Of a DNA stretch of 64,000 nt, positions 38,936 through 48,729 are shown piece after piece. The stretch's first letter is position 1; every line of letters begins with the position of its first letter. The translations under genes and the position numbers were made by a program. The notes beneath the pieces are model-generated. The model had not been told where the DNA came from. It searched no databases and saw only the letters and a list, made by a program, of their open reading frames with translations. The DNA is from Minisyncoccota bacterium (lineage in GTDB: Bacteria; Patescibacteriota; Minisyncoccia; Phycocordibacterales; UBA1006): assembly GCA_022763365.1 (NCBI GenBank), contig JALEGN010000016.1:5556-69555 (forward strand). The letters run 5' to 3'.

Positions 38936-41578
38936 CTAGGCTGTTTTTTTATTTCTATATCGTATTCGTTTTACTATTTCAAAGGTACAAATAGGAATAG
39001 CTGCAGCAATAATTACCACAATCCAATCCTCAGTATCGAGTGTTGTTGTTCCCAAAAATCGATTCATAAATGGAATATAGACAACTGCAAGAACTAATAA
39101 GAATGAACTTAAGATAGCAACACCATGGAAAGCGTTACGCGTAATATGATGCCATGATAATGGTTGCTCACTCTTTACTGAAAATGAATTAAAGAGTTGA
39201 GAAATAACTAAGGTTGCAAAGGCAAGTGTCTGTCCATGCATCAACACCTCATCGCTAAATTCAGTTCCCCAAGTCCATCCATCTCGAATCAAAGTATAAA
39301 TAAAGGCAGCAATAACGGTAATTCCAATAACCGATCCAATCATAAATAATCTGCGTACAAATGAATGATTTAATACGCGCTCTTTTGGGTCACGTGGTTT
39401 ACGCGACATGAGATCATCATCAGCAGGCTCTACCCCAAGAGCAATAGCTGGTAAAATATCTGTTCCTAAATTAATCGTCAGGATTAGAATAGCCGTTAAA
39501 ATTAATGGAATACCTGAGAGAATAGAGAGGAAAATTACCACAAGCTCACCAACATTTGATGACAAAGTATAGAGCACGAATTTTTTCAAATTGTCATAAA
39601 TACGTCGTCCTTCCCTGACTGCTCTAGCAATCGTTGAAAATGAATCATCTAACAGAATTAAGGTTGCCGCCTCTTTAGACACTTCAGTTCCGGTGATTCC
39701 CATAGCAACACCAATATCAGCTCGTTTTAAGGCTGGTGCATCATTCACACCATCACCGGTCATCGCTACTACCTCGCCATTGTTTTGTAGTGCCTCTACA
39801 ATACGCATTTTCTGTGCTGGTAGTGAACGCGCAAATAAAACTCCGGTATTTTTATCAGAGAGTATTTTCTGTAATTTGTCATCGTCAATGGTATCAAGTT
39901 CAGATCCGGTGATGATGCGTGAATTACCTAACTCAATCAAACCAAGCTCTTCTGCAATAACACCTGCAGTGGTTCCGTAGTCTCCAGTGATAACAATTGT
40001 CCTAATGCCTGCTGATTTAGTTTCCTTGATAGCGGCTTTGACATCTTCTCGCGGTGGATCAATCATTCCGATCAATCCAGTAAAAATCAGATTAGATTCA
40101 GCTTGTTCCATGTCTTCAGGATGAGTATCGGTTGGTTTGTAAGCAGTTGCCAATACCCGCAAGGCATCAGTTGCCATTTCTTCATAGTGTCCTTGTATTT
40201 TTTTTCTGGTACCTTCATTTAATACAACTGAAGACTCTCCATCCCAATAATGAGTACAGATATCTAATACATGATCAGGACTTCCTTTTACAAAGACAAA
40301 AGACTTTTCATAGGTATCAGTCGCAATAACTGACATCCGTTTTCGTTCAGAATCAAAGGGAAACACTGATTCTTGTACATAACTGGTGGTTTCATCATCG
40401 AGCGTTTTATAAATTTTCTCTGACATCGTAAGAAGTGCAGCCTCGGTAGGATCTCCTAATATTGAATATTCGCCCGTATCATTTGTCACAAGTTTTGCCT
40501 CATTACAATAATAGGCAATATCTGCAATACGAAGGAATTCACGATAGTCTTTCATTTCATCAGCAATACCTCCATCATTTGGATTATACCCAACACCGTC
40601 GAGGTCAATGATCTGACCATCAGAGCTGACCACCTTACGTACCGTCATTTCATTTTTTGTCAGGGTCCCAGTTTTATCCGAACAAATAGTTGATACCGTT
40701 CCTAAGGTTTCAGCTGAAGAGAGTTTTTTAATAATGGCATTTTTTTTAGCGAGTACTGCTGCACCTAATGCCAAAGCAACCGTAATCGTCGTTGGTAACC
40801 CTTCAGGTACCGCCGCAATAGCAACCGATACTGCAAAGAGGAATCCTTCAACAATTACTGAAAATAATGATTCTTCTCCATTCATATTCCGAAGAACGTG
40901 AACAATCAAAATTAATAAGGAGATGGCTCCAGCCATTTTTGCTACAAAAACACCAATTGAACCAAGTTCTTTTTGAATTGGTGATTTTGATTGCTGGGTC
41001 TCGGTGCTAAGCCTTGCAATTTCCCCAAACTGGGTTGATTGACCTGTTTTCGTAATTTCCATCATTCCTGAACCACGTACCACTGAGGTTCCCATAAACA
41101 CCTCGTCATCTGATGACTTTTCAACAGGTACTGATTCGCCCGTTAGTGCTGATTCTTCAATGCGAATATTATTTGCATTGACCAGTATTCCGTCAGCTGG
41201 GATTTTGTCACCTTCCCCAAGGATAACAATATCGCCAGGAACTAGATATTTCGTTTCAATCATTTGCTCCTTGCTATCGCGCAGCACACGGATACTTGGA
41301 CTGATCATGTTATTTAATGCCTCAAGGGTTTTTTCTGTTCGAAACTCTTGAAAAAAACCAACCGCTCCATTTAAGAGAATAATAATTCCAATAACAATGG
41401 CTTCGGTAGGATCATGAAAGGCTGAAATAATCGCCGCAATGATCAAAATAATAATTAAAGTATCGGTAAACTGATGAAGAAAAATACTGAGCCATGATTT
41501 CTTTTTCTTCACAACAAGTTCATTTAATCCAAATTCTTGCTGTTTTAAGAGAGCTTCTTTCTGTGTTAATCCGTTCAT
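38936..41578 (-). CDS. P-type cation-transporting ATPase (P2-type, Ca2+/Mg2+-like)
   Basis: CSDKTGTLT phosphorylation site, MTGDGVNDAPAL, and 10 TM helices. Confidence 0.9.
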   Translation of the reverse strand: MNGLTQKEALLKQQEFGLNELVVKKKKSWLSIFLHQFTDTLIIILIIAAIISAFHDPTEAIVIGIIILLNGAVGFFQEFRTEKTLEALNNMISPSIRVLRDSKEQMIETKYLVPGDIVILGEGDKIPADGILVNANNIRIEESALTGESVPVEKSSDDEVFMGTSVVRGSGMMEITKTGQSTQFGEIARLSTETQQSKSPIQKELGSIGVFVAKMAGAISLLILIVHVLRNMNGEESLFSVIVEGFLFAVSVAIAAVPEGLPTTITVALALGAAVLAKKNAIIKKLSSAETLGTVSTICSDKTGTLTKNEMTVRKVVSSDGQIIDLDGVGYNPNDGGIADEMKDYREFLRIADIAYYCNEAKLVTNDTGEYSILGDPTEAALLTMSEKIYKTLDDETTSYVQESVFPFDSERKRMSVIATDTYEKSFVFVKGSPDHVLDICTHYWDGESSVVLNEGTRKKIQGHYEEMATDALRVLATAYKPTDTHPEDMEQAESNLIFTGLIGMIDPPREDVKAAIKETKSAGIRTIVITGDYGTTAGVIAEELGLIELGNSRIITGSELDTIDDDKLQKILSDKNTGVLFARSLPAQKMRIVEALQNNGEVVAMTGDGVNDAPALKRADIGVAMGITGTEVSKEAATLILLDDSFSTIARAVREGRRIYDNLKKFVLYTLSSNVGELVVIFLSILSGIPLILTAILILTINLGTDILPAIALGVEPADDDLMSRKPRDPKERVLNHSFVRRLFMIGSVIGITVIAAFIYTLIRDGWTWGTEFSDEVLMHGQTLAFATLVISQLFNSFSVKSEQPLSWHHITRNAFHGVAILSSFLLVLAVVYIPFMNRFLGTTTLDTEDWIVVIIAAAIPICTFEIVKRIRYRNKKTA

Positions 41579-41603
41579 AACTCTATTATACCCGAGAGCA
41601 TAA

Positions 41604-41636
41604 TAAAAAAACTAAAGAACACTCTTTAGTTTTATT
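41604..41636 (-). terminator. Terminator
   Basis: aactaaaga-acact-tctttagtt flanked by an A6 run. Confidence 0.45.
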
Positions 41637-42045
41637 CCATAAAAATATTTTTCATTATTTCAGGTAACTCCTTGATATCTGTATAGTCAATGAGTTCAAA
41701 ATAATTATTTCCTCGAATCATAGCTGACAAGGAGTTATTTTCTTGAGCTTGGTAAAGGCATACAATTCGTTTACCGAGTGATTCTCCGAAACCAAGTTCA
41801 TAACCAACACCAAGGCTGACTTGCGATACATCAGCAATAATAATATCGGATTCTCGAATCCAGTCAGTATCTTGATTATATATTTTCTGTTCACTAAATT
41901 CTGTCTGACCATCACTGGTTAATGAATCTAATCCAATATGTTCAGTGAGAACTTCGCCGTATTTTTTAAGTTCATTAATTATAAATTTATATTTTTCCTT
42001 ATCAGCCCGACCTCCCCGAATAGATCCTGCAAAATAGATTTTCAT
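41632..42045 (-). CDS. Nucleoside 2-deoxyribosyltransferase superfamily, DNPH1/Rcl-like deoxynucleotide N-hydrolase
   Basis: Internal start gives MKIYFAGSIRGGR…, the DNPH1 signature. 137 aa. Confidence 0.55.
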   Translation of the reverse strand: MKIYFAGSIRGGRADKEKYKFIINELKKYGEVLTEHIGLDSLTSDGQTEFSEQKIYNQDTDWIRESDIIIADVSQVSLGVGYELGFGESLGKRIVCLYQAQENNSLSAMIRGNNYFELIDYTDIKELPEIMKNIFME

Positions 42046-42046
42046 A

Positions 42047-42565
42047 TTATTTATTAAATACCCTACTAAATTTCTCCATCTTAGGAGCAATGACTATTTG
42101 GCAATAAGCCTGTTCCGGATTCTTATTAAAATAATCCTGATGTTCTTCTTCGGCTGGATAAAAATCAGTGAAAGGTTTAATTTCTGTCACAATTAGGTTT
42201 TCATAGGCGCCTGAATTATCTAATTCTTTTATTAACTCACTGATAATTGATAACTCTTCGTCATTAGAATAAAAAACAATACTGCGGTATTGCGTTCCCT
42301 TATCAGCCCCTTGTTGATTCAGTGTTGTTGGGTCATGCATCGTAAAGAAAATTTTTAATAACTCCTTCAAACTAAGAAGTGATTCGTCATAACTAATTTC
42401 CAGCACCTCAGCATGTCCCGTTCTTCCATACGCGACCTCACGATAACTGGGATTTTTTTCTTTTCCTCCGGCATAGCCAACTCTTACCATAGTTACACCA
42501 GGGACTTTTTGAAATACAGGATCGAGACACCAAAAGCATCCTCCACCTAATACTAATGTTTTCAT
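42047..42565 (-). CDS. msrA: Peptide methionine sulfoxide reductase MsrA
   Basis: GGGCFWC active-site motif. Confidence 0.88.
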   Translation of the reverse strand: MKTLVLGGGCFWCLDPVFQKVPGVTMVRVGYAGGKEKNPSYREVAYGRTGHAEVLEISYDESLLSLKELLKIFFTMHDPTTLNQQGADKGTQYRSIVFYSNDEELSIISELIKELDNSGAYENLIVTEIKPFTDFYPAEEEHQDYFNKNPEQAYCQIVIAPKMEKFSRVFNK

Positions 42566-42581
42566 AATTCAATTATAACAA

Positions 42582-42612
42582 ATAAAAACTCTAGATAATC
42601 TAGAGTTTTTTT
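42582..42612 (-). terminator. Terminator
   Basis: aaactctag-ataat-ctagagttt followed by a T7 run. Confidence 0.45.
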
Positions 42613-43307
42613 ACGACCAATTTCATTTCATCGCCACGAATACTGAGGTATTCAATGCGATTGTACGAATTGGCTCCTTCATTGATAAATTGTTCATCAC
42701 GAAGATCCTGTGCGTAGTGACTGTGTCCACAGACTAAAATTTGATGCGGTTCAAGGTTTTCTTTGGCATATGCTTTCATGCGACGATTTTGAGGTTTTAC
42801 AAACCATCGTTGCAAATAAGCCAAGGTTTTAGGATATTTCTCAATTGAAAAACGAGTAATAAGAATAATTGGATAGATAATTTTCCAAATACCTTTAACA
42901 AACCATTTCAAAATTTTCTGAAAAATATTATTTGCTGGTGTATATAAAATAGTATCAGGACGTGGATAGATACGATGACCATGTCGAATCACGAGTTCAT
43001 GTTCCCCTACAGGTAAAAAACATTCGTCACAATATGTATCAACAAAGTCATCAGTTGCCTGACGTAACTCAACAGAATCTCGATCATGGTTTCCAAAAAC
43101 ATAAATGACTTCTTTTGATTTTAAGAACTCAAATACTGGTGACCATCCTGAATTTCGGGTTTTAAAATAATCCCAATAATCATCAAGAAAATCTCCATTT
43201 AAAATAATGCGATCATAATTACGAAACGCTTCCAAAAAAGCGCGTTTTCTTTTTTTATTAACCCGTTCACCCAAGTGCAAATCAGAGAGGATAATAGTTG
43301 ATTTCAT
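42600..43307 (-). CDS. Calcineurin-like metallophosphoesterase
   Basis: Internal start gives MKSTIILSDLHLG…. GDFLDD, GNHD and HGH motifs are present. Confidence 0.6.
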   Translation of the reverse strand: MKSTIILSDLHLGERVNKKRKRAFLEAFRNYDRIILNGDFLDDYWDYFKTRNSGWSPVFEFLKSKEVIYVFGNHDRDSVELRQATDDFVDTYCDECFLPVGEHELVIRHGHRIYPRPDTILYTPANNIFQKILKWFVKGIWKIIYPIILITRFSIEKYPKTLAYLQRWFVKPQNRRMKAYAKENLEPHQILVCGHSHYAQDLRDEQFINEGANSYNRIEYLSIRGDEMKLVVKKL

Positions 43308-43353
43308 AATGATAGTATAGCCTAAATTACAAAAGACTTTTATTGAGTCTTTA

Positions 43354-43908
43354 TTAGAGCTGTGCTGTCGCAAATTCTGTTGTAAAAGCTCGACAGTAAA
43401 TTGATACTGATTGATAGTCGTCAATATCAAAGGATGAAATATCATAGTTTTGATTTCCCATATTCCCTTTTAATGGAGCAACAATATCATGCTCTCCTTT
43501 TGGGTCATTGCCTTTATTTAGGGTAACGAATAAATCAGGTCCATTCGTTACAGAAAAATTCTCAAAACGAAGGAAGGTTTGATTACCATCTTTGATGACT
43601 TTTAATTCACCTTCACCTTGATGACGAGCATCAGCACCAACAAAACTACCTCGCGTTTCAACCGTCATTTCTAGTTGCATTTCTATCATTGGCTCTGTTA
43701 CCTCAACATCAGCCCCAACTATAATATCGTCCATCATTTCACCTTGATCATTTGTAGAGATAGGATCAATGAGCACCGTGGGATTTTCTCCTTCAGTGGT
43801 GTATGGAACATCTTCATTCACCGTTTCGTTAATAAATAATGGTGACCCTAGATGCCACAGCACACCAAGGCCAGTAATTACTAATAGTAAAATAATTATT
43901 TTTTTCAT
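43354..43908 (-). CDS. Secreted DM13-domain protein
   Basis: Signal peptide MKKIIILLLVITGLGVLW. The C-terminal …LRFENFSVTNGPDLFVTLNKG…YDISSFDIDDYQSVSIYCRAFTTEFATAQL matches the DM13 pattern. Confidence 0.5.
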   Translation of the reverse strand: MKKIIILLLVITGLGVLWHLGSPLFINETVNEDVPYTTEGENPTVLIDPISTNDQGEMMDDIIVGADVEVTEPMIEMQLEMTVETRGSFVGADARHQGEGELKVIKDGNQTFLRFENFSVTNGPDLFVTLNKGNDPKGEHDIVAPLKGNMGNQNYDISSFDIDDYQSVSIYCRAFTTEFATAQL

Positions 43909-43933
43909 ATAACCCAGTGTATCAAAAAAGACC

Positions 43934-44623
43934 TTAAAGAAGGTCTTGTAGTTGTGCATAAATATCTTCATGGATATCTTCAATTGAACGCATTGTTTCA
44001 TTTGGCGCACAGTCAATTTGTATCCAGTGATTATTTTCGGCAATCATTTTTAATCCAGACTGTTTAGCGTCCTCTAAATGCTGAGGATCATCTTCATGCT
44101 GGTCACCTTTACCGCCAAGATACTCTTTTGATTCTTTGTTTCCTTTTTGAATAAGGAGTTTCTGAGTCACAGAAATAGGTACATTAAGATAGAGGATCAG
44201 GTCAGGCCTTGGAATACCCATGATTTCATGCTCCATGGTATCGAGCCAATTCATAAACTCCTTACGCTCTTCCTGATTATGTATTTTCCCACCTTGATGG
44301 ATTTGATTTGAAGAAACATAACGATCAAGAATAACAATATTTCCTTCATCAAGCCATTGTTTGATAGTAGATGCTGATTCTTGACGATCTGCAGCATATA
44401 CAATCGAAGCGATTTTCGGGTGCGTATTTTTCCAATCACCGTATTCGCCCCGTAATGCTTCTCCTATGAATTTTCCGAAAAAATTATCATAATAACGAGG
44501 AAAATCTAATGATTCCACTTTATAATTTTCTTGTTTTAGACGCTCTTTAAGTTTTTTAACTTGTGTTGCCTTACCTGAACCATCAGTTCCGTCTATGACT
44601 ATGAGTTTTCCTTTTTTTGACAT
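43934..44623 (-). CDS. tmk: Thymidylate kinase
   Basis: IVIDGTDGSGKATQ P-loop, the DRY motif (…LDRYVSSN…), and a LID region. Confidence 0.8.
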   Translation of the reverse strand: MSKKGKLIVIDGTDGSGKATQVKKLKERLKQENYKVESLDFPRYYDNFFGKFIGEALRGEYGDWKNTHPKIASIVYAADRQESASTIKQWLDEGNIVILDRYVSSNQIHQGGKIHNQEERKEFMNWLDTMEHEIMGIPRPDLILYLNVPISVTQKLLIQKGNKESKEYLGGKGDQHEDDPQHLEDAKQSGLKMIAENNHWIQIDCAPNETMRSIEDIHEDIYAQLQDLL

Positions 44624-44689
44624 AATTTTTAACTTTAGTTTTTTTAACTATATAAGATTATAACATTTTGTACATGATATAATTAAGTC

Positions 44690-45085
44690 ATGGATATGTT
44701 TGAAAAAATTGTTGCCTGGAATCAGGAACGAGGATTAATCGAAAAAGGTTTTAACCATGAAAAAGAGGCATCATTTATTATTGAAGAATTACTAGAAAGT
44801 ACTGGTGTGATCGAAAGTGAAGAAGCTCGAGAAGAATCTGAAGAAATTTCGGAAAAAGTAATTACTCACACCCCATTAGATAAAACAATAATCGTTGATG
44901 CTTTGGCAGATATTATCGTTTACGCAACGGGTGGCATTGCAAAACTTGGCTACAATCCATCAAAGGTTATGGATGAGGTTTATAAAGAAATTAATTCGCG
45001 TACTGGAAAACTCATTGATGGAAAATTCGTTAAAGATCCTAATGTAAAAAAATATGAAGCAGATTTTACAATCTGTAAATACTAA
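44690..45085 (+). CDS. All-alpha NTP pyrophosphohydrolase (MazG-like / dimeric dUTPase-like), tentative
   Basis: 131-aa helical protein. It begins with the WNQERGL helix and has acidic EE motifs. It is divergently paired with tmk and upstream of thyA. Confidence 0.35.
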   Translation: MDMFEKIVAWNQERGLIEKGFNHEKEASFIIEELLESTGVIESEEAREESEEISEKVITHTPLDKTIIVDALADIIVYATGGIAKLGYNPSKVMDEVYKEINSRTGKLIDGKFVKDPNVKKYEADFTICKY

Positions 45086-45143
45086 ATTTATTGACTGAAC
45101 TTTTATAAATTTTATTATTAAATTAAATCAATACTTTAATATT

Positions 45144-46004
45144 ATGTTACACAACACAGATAAATTAAATCCCTTTGATCTTTCTTATCATGAGTTATTA
45201 AAGCTCATTCAGGATACAGGGACTTTTAAAGAAGACCGTACAGGAACCGGTACTCAAAGCCGTTTTGGGCATCAAATGAGATTTGATCTTTCAAAAGGCT
45301 TTCCTATTCTTACTACTAAAAAGGTCCATTTAAAGTCAATCATTTATGAGTTATTATGGCTCATTAAAGGAGATACTAATGTTAAGTATCTTCAAGAAAA
45401 CGGTGTACGCATCTGGAACGAATGGGCAGACGAAAATGGTGATCTTGGGCCAGTATATGGTGAACAGTGGAGAAACTGGAATGGAGACGGAATTGATCAA
45501 CTAAAGGGAGCAATAAATGATCTTAAAACCAATCCACATTCACGGCGTATTATGGTAAGCGCTTGGAATCCAAGTGTTATGCCAGACACCTCAGTATCAT
45601 TTTCTGAAAACGTTGCTAATGGTAAAGCGGCCTTACCGCCATGCCACGCCTTCTTTCAATTTTGGGTGGGAGATGGAAAACTATCTTGCCAACTCTATCA
45701 ACGAAGTGCAGATGTATTCTTAGGAGTACCTTTTAATATTGCATCCTATGCTTTATTAACCATGATGATGGCGCAAGTGTGTGGATACGAGTATGGTGAG
45801 TTTATTCATACTTTTGGTGATGTTCATATTTACAATAATCATCGAGATCAAATTAATGAGCAGTTATCCCGCGATTCAAAAGGGTCTATTCCACAGATGA
45901 AATTGAATCCTGAAATTAATGATATTGAAGACTTCGGTTATGACGACTTTGAGCTCGTTGGTTACGATCCACATCCCGTAATAAAAGGAGAAGTTTCAAT
46001 ATAA
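45144..46004 (+). CDS. thyA: Thymidylate synthase (ThyA)
   Basis: [18 protein letters not shown] (catalytic Cys), and [17 protein letters not shown]. Confidence 0.93.
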   Translation: MLHNTDKLNPFDLSYHELLKLIQDTGTFKEDRTGTGTQSRFGHQMRFDLSKGFPILTTKKVHLKSIIYELLWLIKGDTNVKYLQENGVRIWNEWADENGDLGPVYGEQWRNWNGDGIDQLKGAINDLKTNPHSRRIMVSAWNPSVMPDTSVSFSENVANGKAALPPCHAFFQFWVGDGKLSCQLYQRSADVFLGVPFNIASYALLTMMMAQVCGYEYGEFIHTFGDVHIYNNHRDQINEQLSRDSKGSIPQMKLNPEINDIEDFGYDDFELVGYDPHPVIKGEVSI

Positions 46005-46015
46005 AATCAAATAAT

Positions 46016-46113
46016 TAGGTACCCCTTGGGTAAGGTTATATACCTTACCAATCAGAGAGTTTCATCTTTTCAATATTGATGAACACGGAACCACTAAAAC
46101 AAGTTGGTACCTA
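46016..46113 (+). ncRNA. Structured ~100-nt element in the thyA 3' region: three stems closed by an 8-bp outer helix
   Basis: Outer stem taggtacc (46016-23) / ggtaccta (46106-13). Inner hairpins ggtaaggt/accttacc (46029-49) and gtt(t)catc/gatgaac (46059-84). It is followed by a strong terminator. Confidence 0.25.
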
Positions 46114-46142
46114 AAAGCACTGCCCAAGGCAGTGCTTTTTCT
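46113..46142 (+). terminator. Strong intrinsic terminator
   Basis: aagcactgcc-caa-ggcagtgctt followed by a T5 run. Confidence 0.6.
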
Positions 46143-46276
46143 ATTTATATTTATTTCAAAATTCAATACTTGATTTGTGAAAATGAAATGAAATACAAGA
46201 CAATGAATTCTTTAATTTTTGAGGCACAGTTCCCTGTAGTGAAAAAATAAAGAATGAAACTAACGCAGTAGTTTAT

Positions 46277-47380
46277 CTATTTTAACGAATCAACTCCTAC
46301 CCATACATATTCCCAGGGTTCCGGATTAGGTCCCAAATTATCTACTCCATAGGGATAACTTGGAATAAAACCATATTCACGTGCATTGGCAAAATTATCT
46401 GCTGACATCCATTCGTAACACGGTGTATCTGCAAAAGCAAAAACCAAATAATCATTCCCACAACCAAAATCAACGGCATACCCTGAATGGTGTTTTGAAT
46501 ATGCTGGGATTGCTGAGCGAGATAATACATTATCTAGATGTTCGTCATGAATACCTGTAAGGACTTCTTCTGGATTGGTGAGGTTCATTTTATCAGTAAA
46601 AATATAACGCTGAGATGACGATGAACGATATCCTGAAACGAAATGTAAACGTATATTTTCATTCAACATGTCATTTCTCATTTTAACGTAAGCATCTTTG
46701 ACTTCGGGCCTCGTTCGTACGTTTTCAAAATAGATTAACTCTGATTCATCAGCAAAACCTCGCTGCCTATACCCACGTTCCTTGGCTTTTGCTTCGATAT
46801 AATCATCTACTTCATCAATATTATAAATATATTTTGTGAGAAAATTCAGATTTGAATTGTTTTCCTCAAAATTATTGTAGATATCAAGAAAATCTTGGGC
46901 AGAATAATATTTCTCTATATCATCTTCTTTATTATTTCCCTCATACGTGACAATAGGTTCAATAATAATTTCTGTTTCTGTTTCTGTTTCTGTTTCTGTT
47001 TCTGTAATTATGTTAGATTGCGTACTTATAACATTACCATAAAGAGCTAATTCACTTTGGTATGGATTATCATATGAAGTATTTGTTTCTTTCATGAACA
47101 CTTCTTCTGATTGGATTTGTTCATTAGATGTATCATCGGTAAATACAAAAAACTCTTCTGCCAATGGTTCAGAAGCTAAATTTTCTCCATTTTTTTCTTG
47201 ATGTGATAGATCTTCTAACTGATCCAAGGTATAGGCACGCGTTGAGTAATTAGCATCTGCCACTACCACAGGTGCTGACTCTGGTTGCCTATTTTCTGTA
47301 TAGGTAACATATACCAATAAACCAGTCCACGCACTGAGCAAGAAAAAAATGAGAACATATGTCCCATTGTTTTTTAACAT
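46277..47380 (-). CDS. Membrane-anchored VanY-like D-alanyl-D-alanine carboxypeptidase (peptidase M15B) with an internal (TE)n repeat
   Basis: N-terminal TM. C-terminal SGYRSSSSQ and SKHHSGYAVDF (VanY Zn-binding). A TETETETETETE tract in the linker. Confidence 0.6.
   Translation of the reverse strand: MLKNNGTYVLIFFLLSAWTGLLVYVTYTENRQPESAPVVVADANYSTRAYTLDQLEDLSHQEKNGENLASEPLAEEFFVFTDDTSNEQIQSEEVFMKETNTSYDNPYQSELALYGNVISTQSNIITETETETETETEIIIEPIVTYEGNNKEDDIEKYYSAQDFLDIYNNFEENNSNLNFLTKYIYNIDEVDDYIEAKAKERGYRQRGFADESELIYFENVRTRPEVKDAYVKMRNDMLNENIRLHFVSGYRSSSSQRYIFTDKMNLTNPEEVLTGIHDEHLDNVLSRSAIPAYSKHHSGYAVDFGCGNDYLVFAFADTPCYEWMSADNFANAREYGFIPSYPYGVDNLGPNPEPWEYVWVGVDSLK
46969..47004. repeat. Perfect hexanucleotide tandem repeat (tttctg)x6, in-frame and encoding (ET)6
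   Basis: 36 bp of exact tttctg units inside the VanY-like CDS. Confidence 0.9.
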
Positions 47381-47384
47381 ATGA

Positions 47385-48605
47385 TTATGCTCTTAGTATA
47401 TCATTTATACGATGAGCTAATGTAATCATATCCTTTTCTTTTTTACCACGTGTTGTTTCAGCAGCTGTTCCTAGGCGGAGACCTGAAGGATTAAATGGTG
47501 AGCGTGTATCAAAAGGAATCGTATTCATGTTTACAATGATTCCTTCTTTTTCTAATTTGGTTGAGGCTTCTTTACCAGTGATACCTTCTTTCCATACATC
47601 CATCAAAAATACATGATTATCAGTTCCACCAGAAGTGATTCGCCAACCAAGTTTTTTTAGTTCACCAGCGAGTGCTTTTGAATTTTTAACGACCTGCTGG
47701 GTATATTTATTAAATGATACTGAATCAGCCTCTTTTAAGGCAACAGCCAAAGCTGCAATTTGATTCATATGCGGACCACCTTGCATTCCTGGGAAGACAG
47801 ATTTTTGAATCTGCTGGAATAAGGTTGGTGCCATTTTTTGTTTAGCTCCCTTTTTCACCTTTGGTGCCTTTTTACCAATACCGTAATCATGACGTGCAAA
47901 AATCATTCCTCCACGTGGGCCTCGCAATACCTTATGAGTTGTTGTGGTGACAATATCAGCATAGTTAAATGGTGATGGGTGCTGACCACCGGCAATCAAT
48001 CCTGAAATGTGCGCCATATCAACCATTAAATATGCTCCAGCTGCATCAGCAACCGCTCGCATTTTTTTAAAGTTGATTTTTCGAGGGTAGGCAGAAAAAC
48101 CAGCAACCACAATATCTGGTTTTTCTTTTTTAGCGATTTTTATAAGTGCGTCATAATCAAGTTTTTCTGTTTTTTTATCAACACCGTAAGGAATTTGTTC
48201 CCAAAATTTTCCAGAAAACGAAACACCATGACCATGGGTTAAATGTCCACCATGATCAAGACTCATTCCCATAATTTTTCCTCCTTTGGGTACCAAGGCC
48301 GAGTAGACTGCAATATTTGCTGGTGATCCTGAATGCGGTTGAACATTCACTCCCCATTTTTTAGGATTGAGTTTAAAAAGTTTAAGTGCACGTTCACAGG
48401 CTAAATCTTCTATTTGATCGATGATTTCATTTCCTCCATAGTATCTGGCACCTGAATAACCTTCGGCGTATTTATTGGTTGTTTCAGTCCCTAATGCTTC
48501 AAGCACATCATCTGAAACATAGTTTTCTGAAGCCACCAAATTCACAACTGATTGCTGGCGTTTTTTTTCTGCTGCTAATAATTTTTTTACACGTGTATCT
48601 TTCAT
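47385..48605 (-). CDS. glyA: Serine hydroxymethyltransferase
   Basis: SLDHGGHLTHGH, a PLP-lysine region (…TTTTHKVLRGPRGG…), 406 aa. Confidence 0.92.
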   Translation of the reverse strand: MKDTRVKKLLAAEKKRQQSVVNLVASENYVSDDVLEALGTETTNKYAEGYSGARYYGGNEIIDQIEDLACERALKLFKLNPKKWGVNVQPHSGSPANIAVYSALVPKGGKIMGMSLDHGGHLTHGHGVSFSGKFWEQIPYGVDKKTEKLDYDALIKIAKKEKPDIVVAGFSAYPRKINFKKMRAVADAAGAYLMVDMAHISGLIAGGQHPSPFNYADIVTTTTHKVLRGPRGGMIFARHDYGIGKKAPKVKKGAKQKMAPTLFQQIQKSVFPGMQGGPHMNQIAALAVALKEADSVSFNKYTQQVVKNSKALAGELKKLGWRITSGGTDNHVFLMDVWKEGITGKEASTKLEKEGIIVNMNTIPFDTRSPFNPSGLRLGTAAETTRGKKEKDMITLAHRINDILRA

Positions 48606-48729
48606 AATTTTAGTATATCAAAAGACATCTAAAATAACTCTTGAAAAATTCTAAATTAATACCCAAATTATTGACTTATTTAAAAAAAAATTTATAGTTA
48701 AATTAAATAAACACTAAAAACTAAACATA

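Noticed and set aside
46016-46113. Considered the thyA 3' palindromic element as an integron attC site, since thyA/dfr genes are frequent cassettes.
   Set aside because: No integrase, no attI, no cassette array context, and no clear R''-L''/L'-R' core sites. Kept only as a structured RNA candidate.
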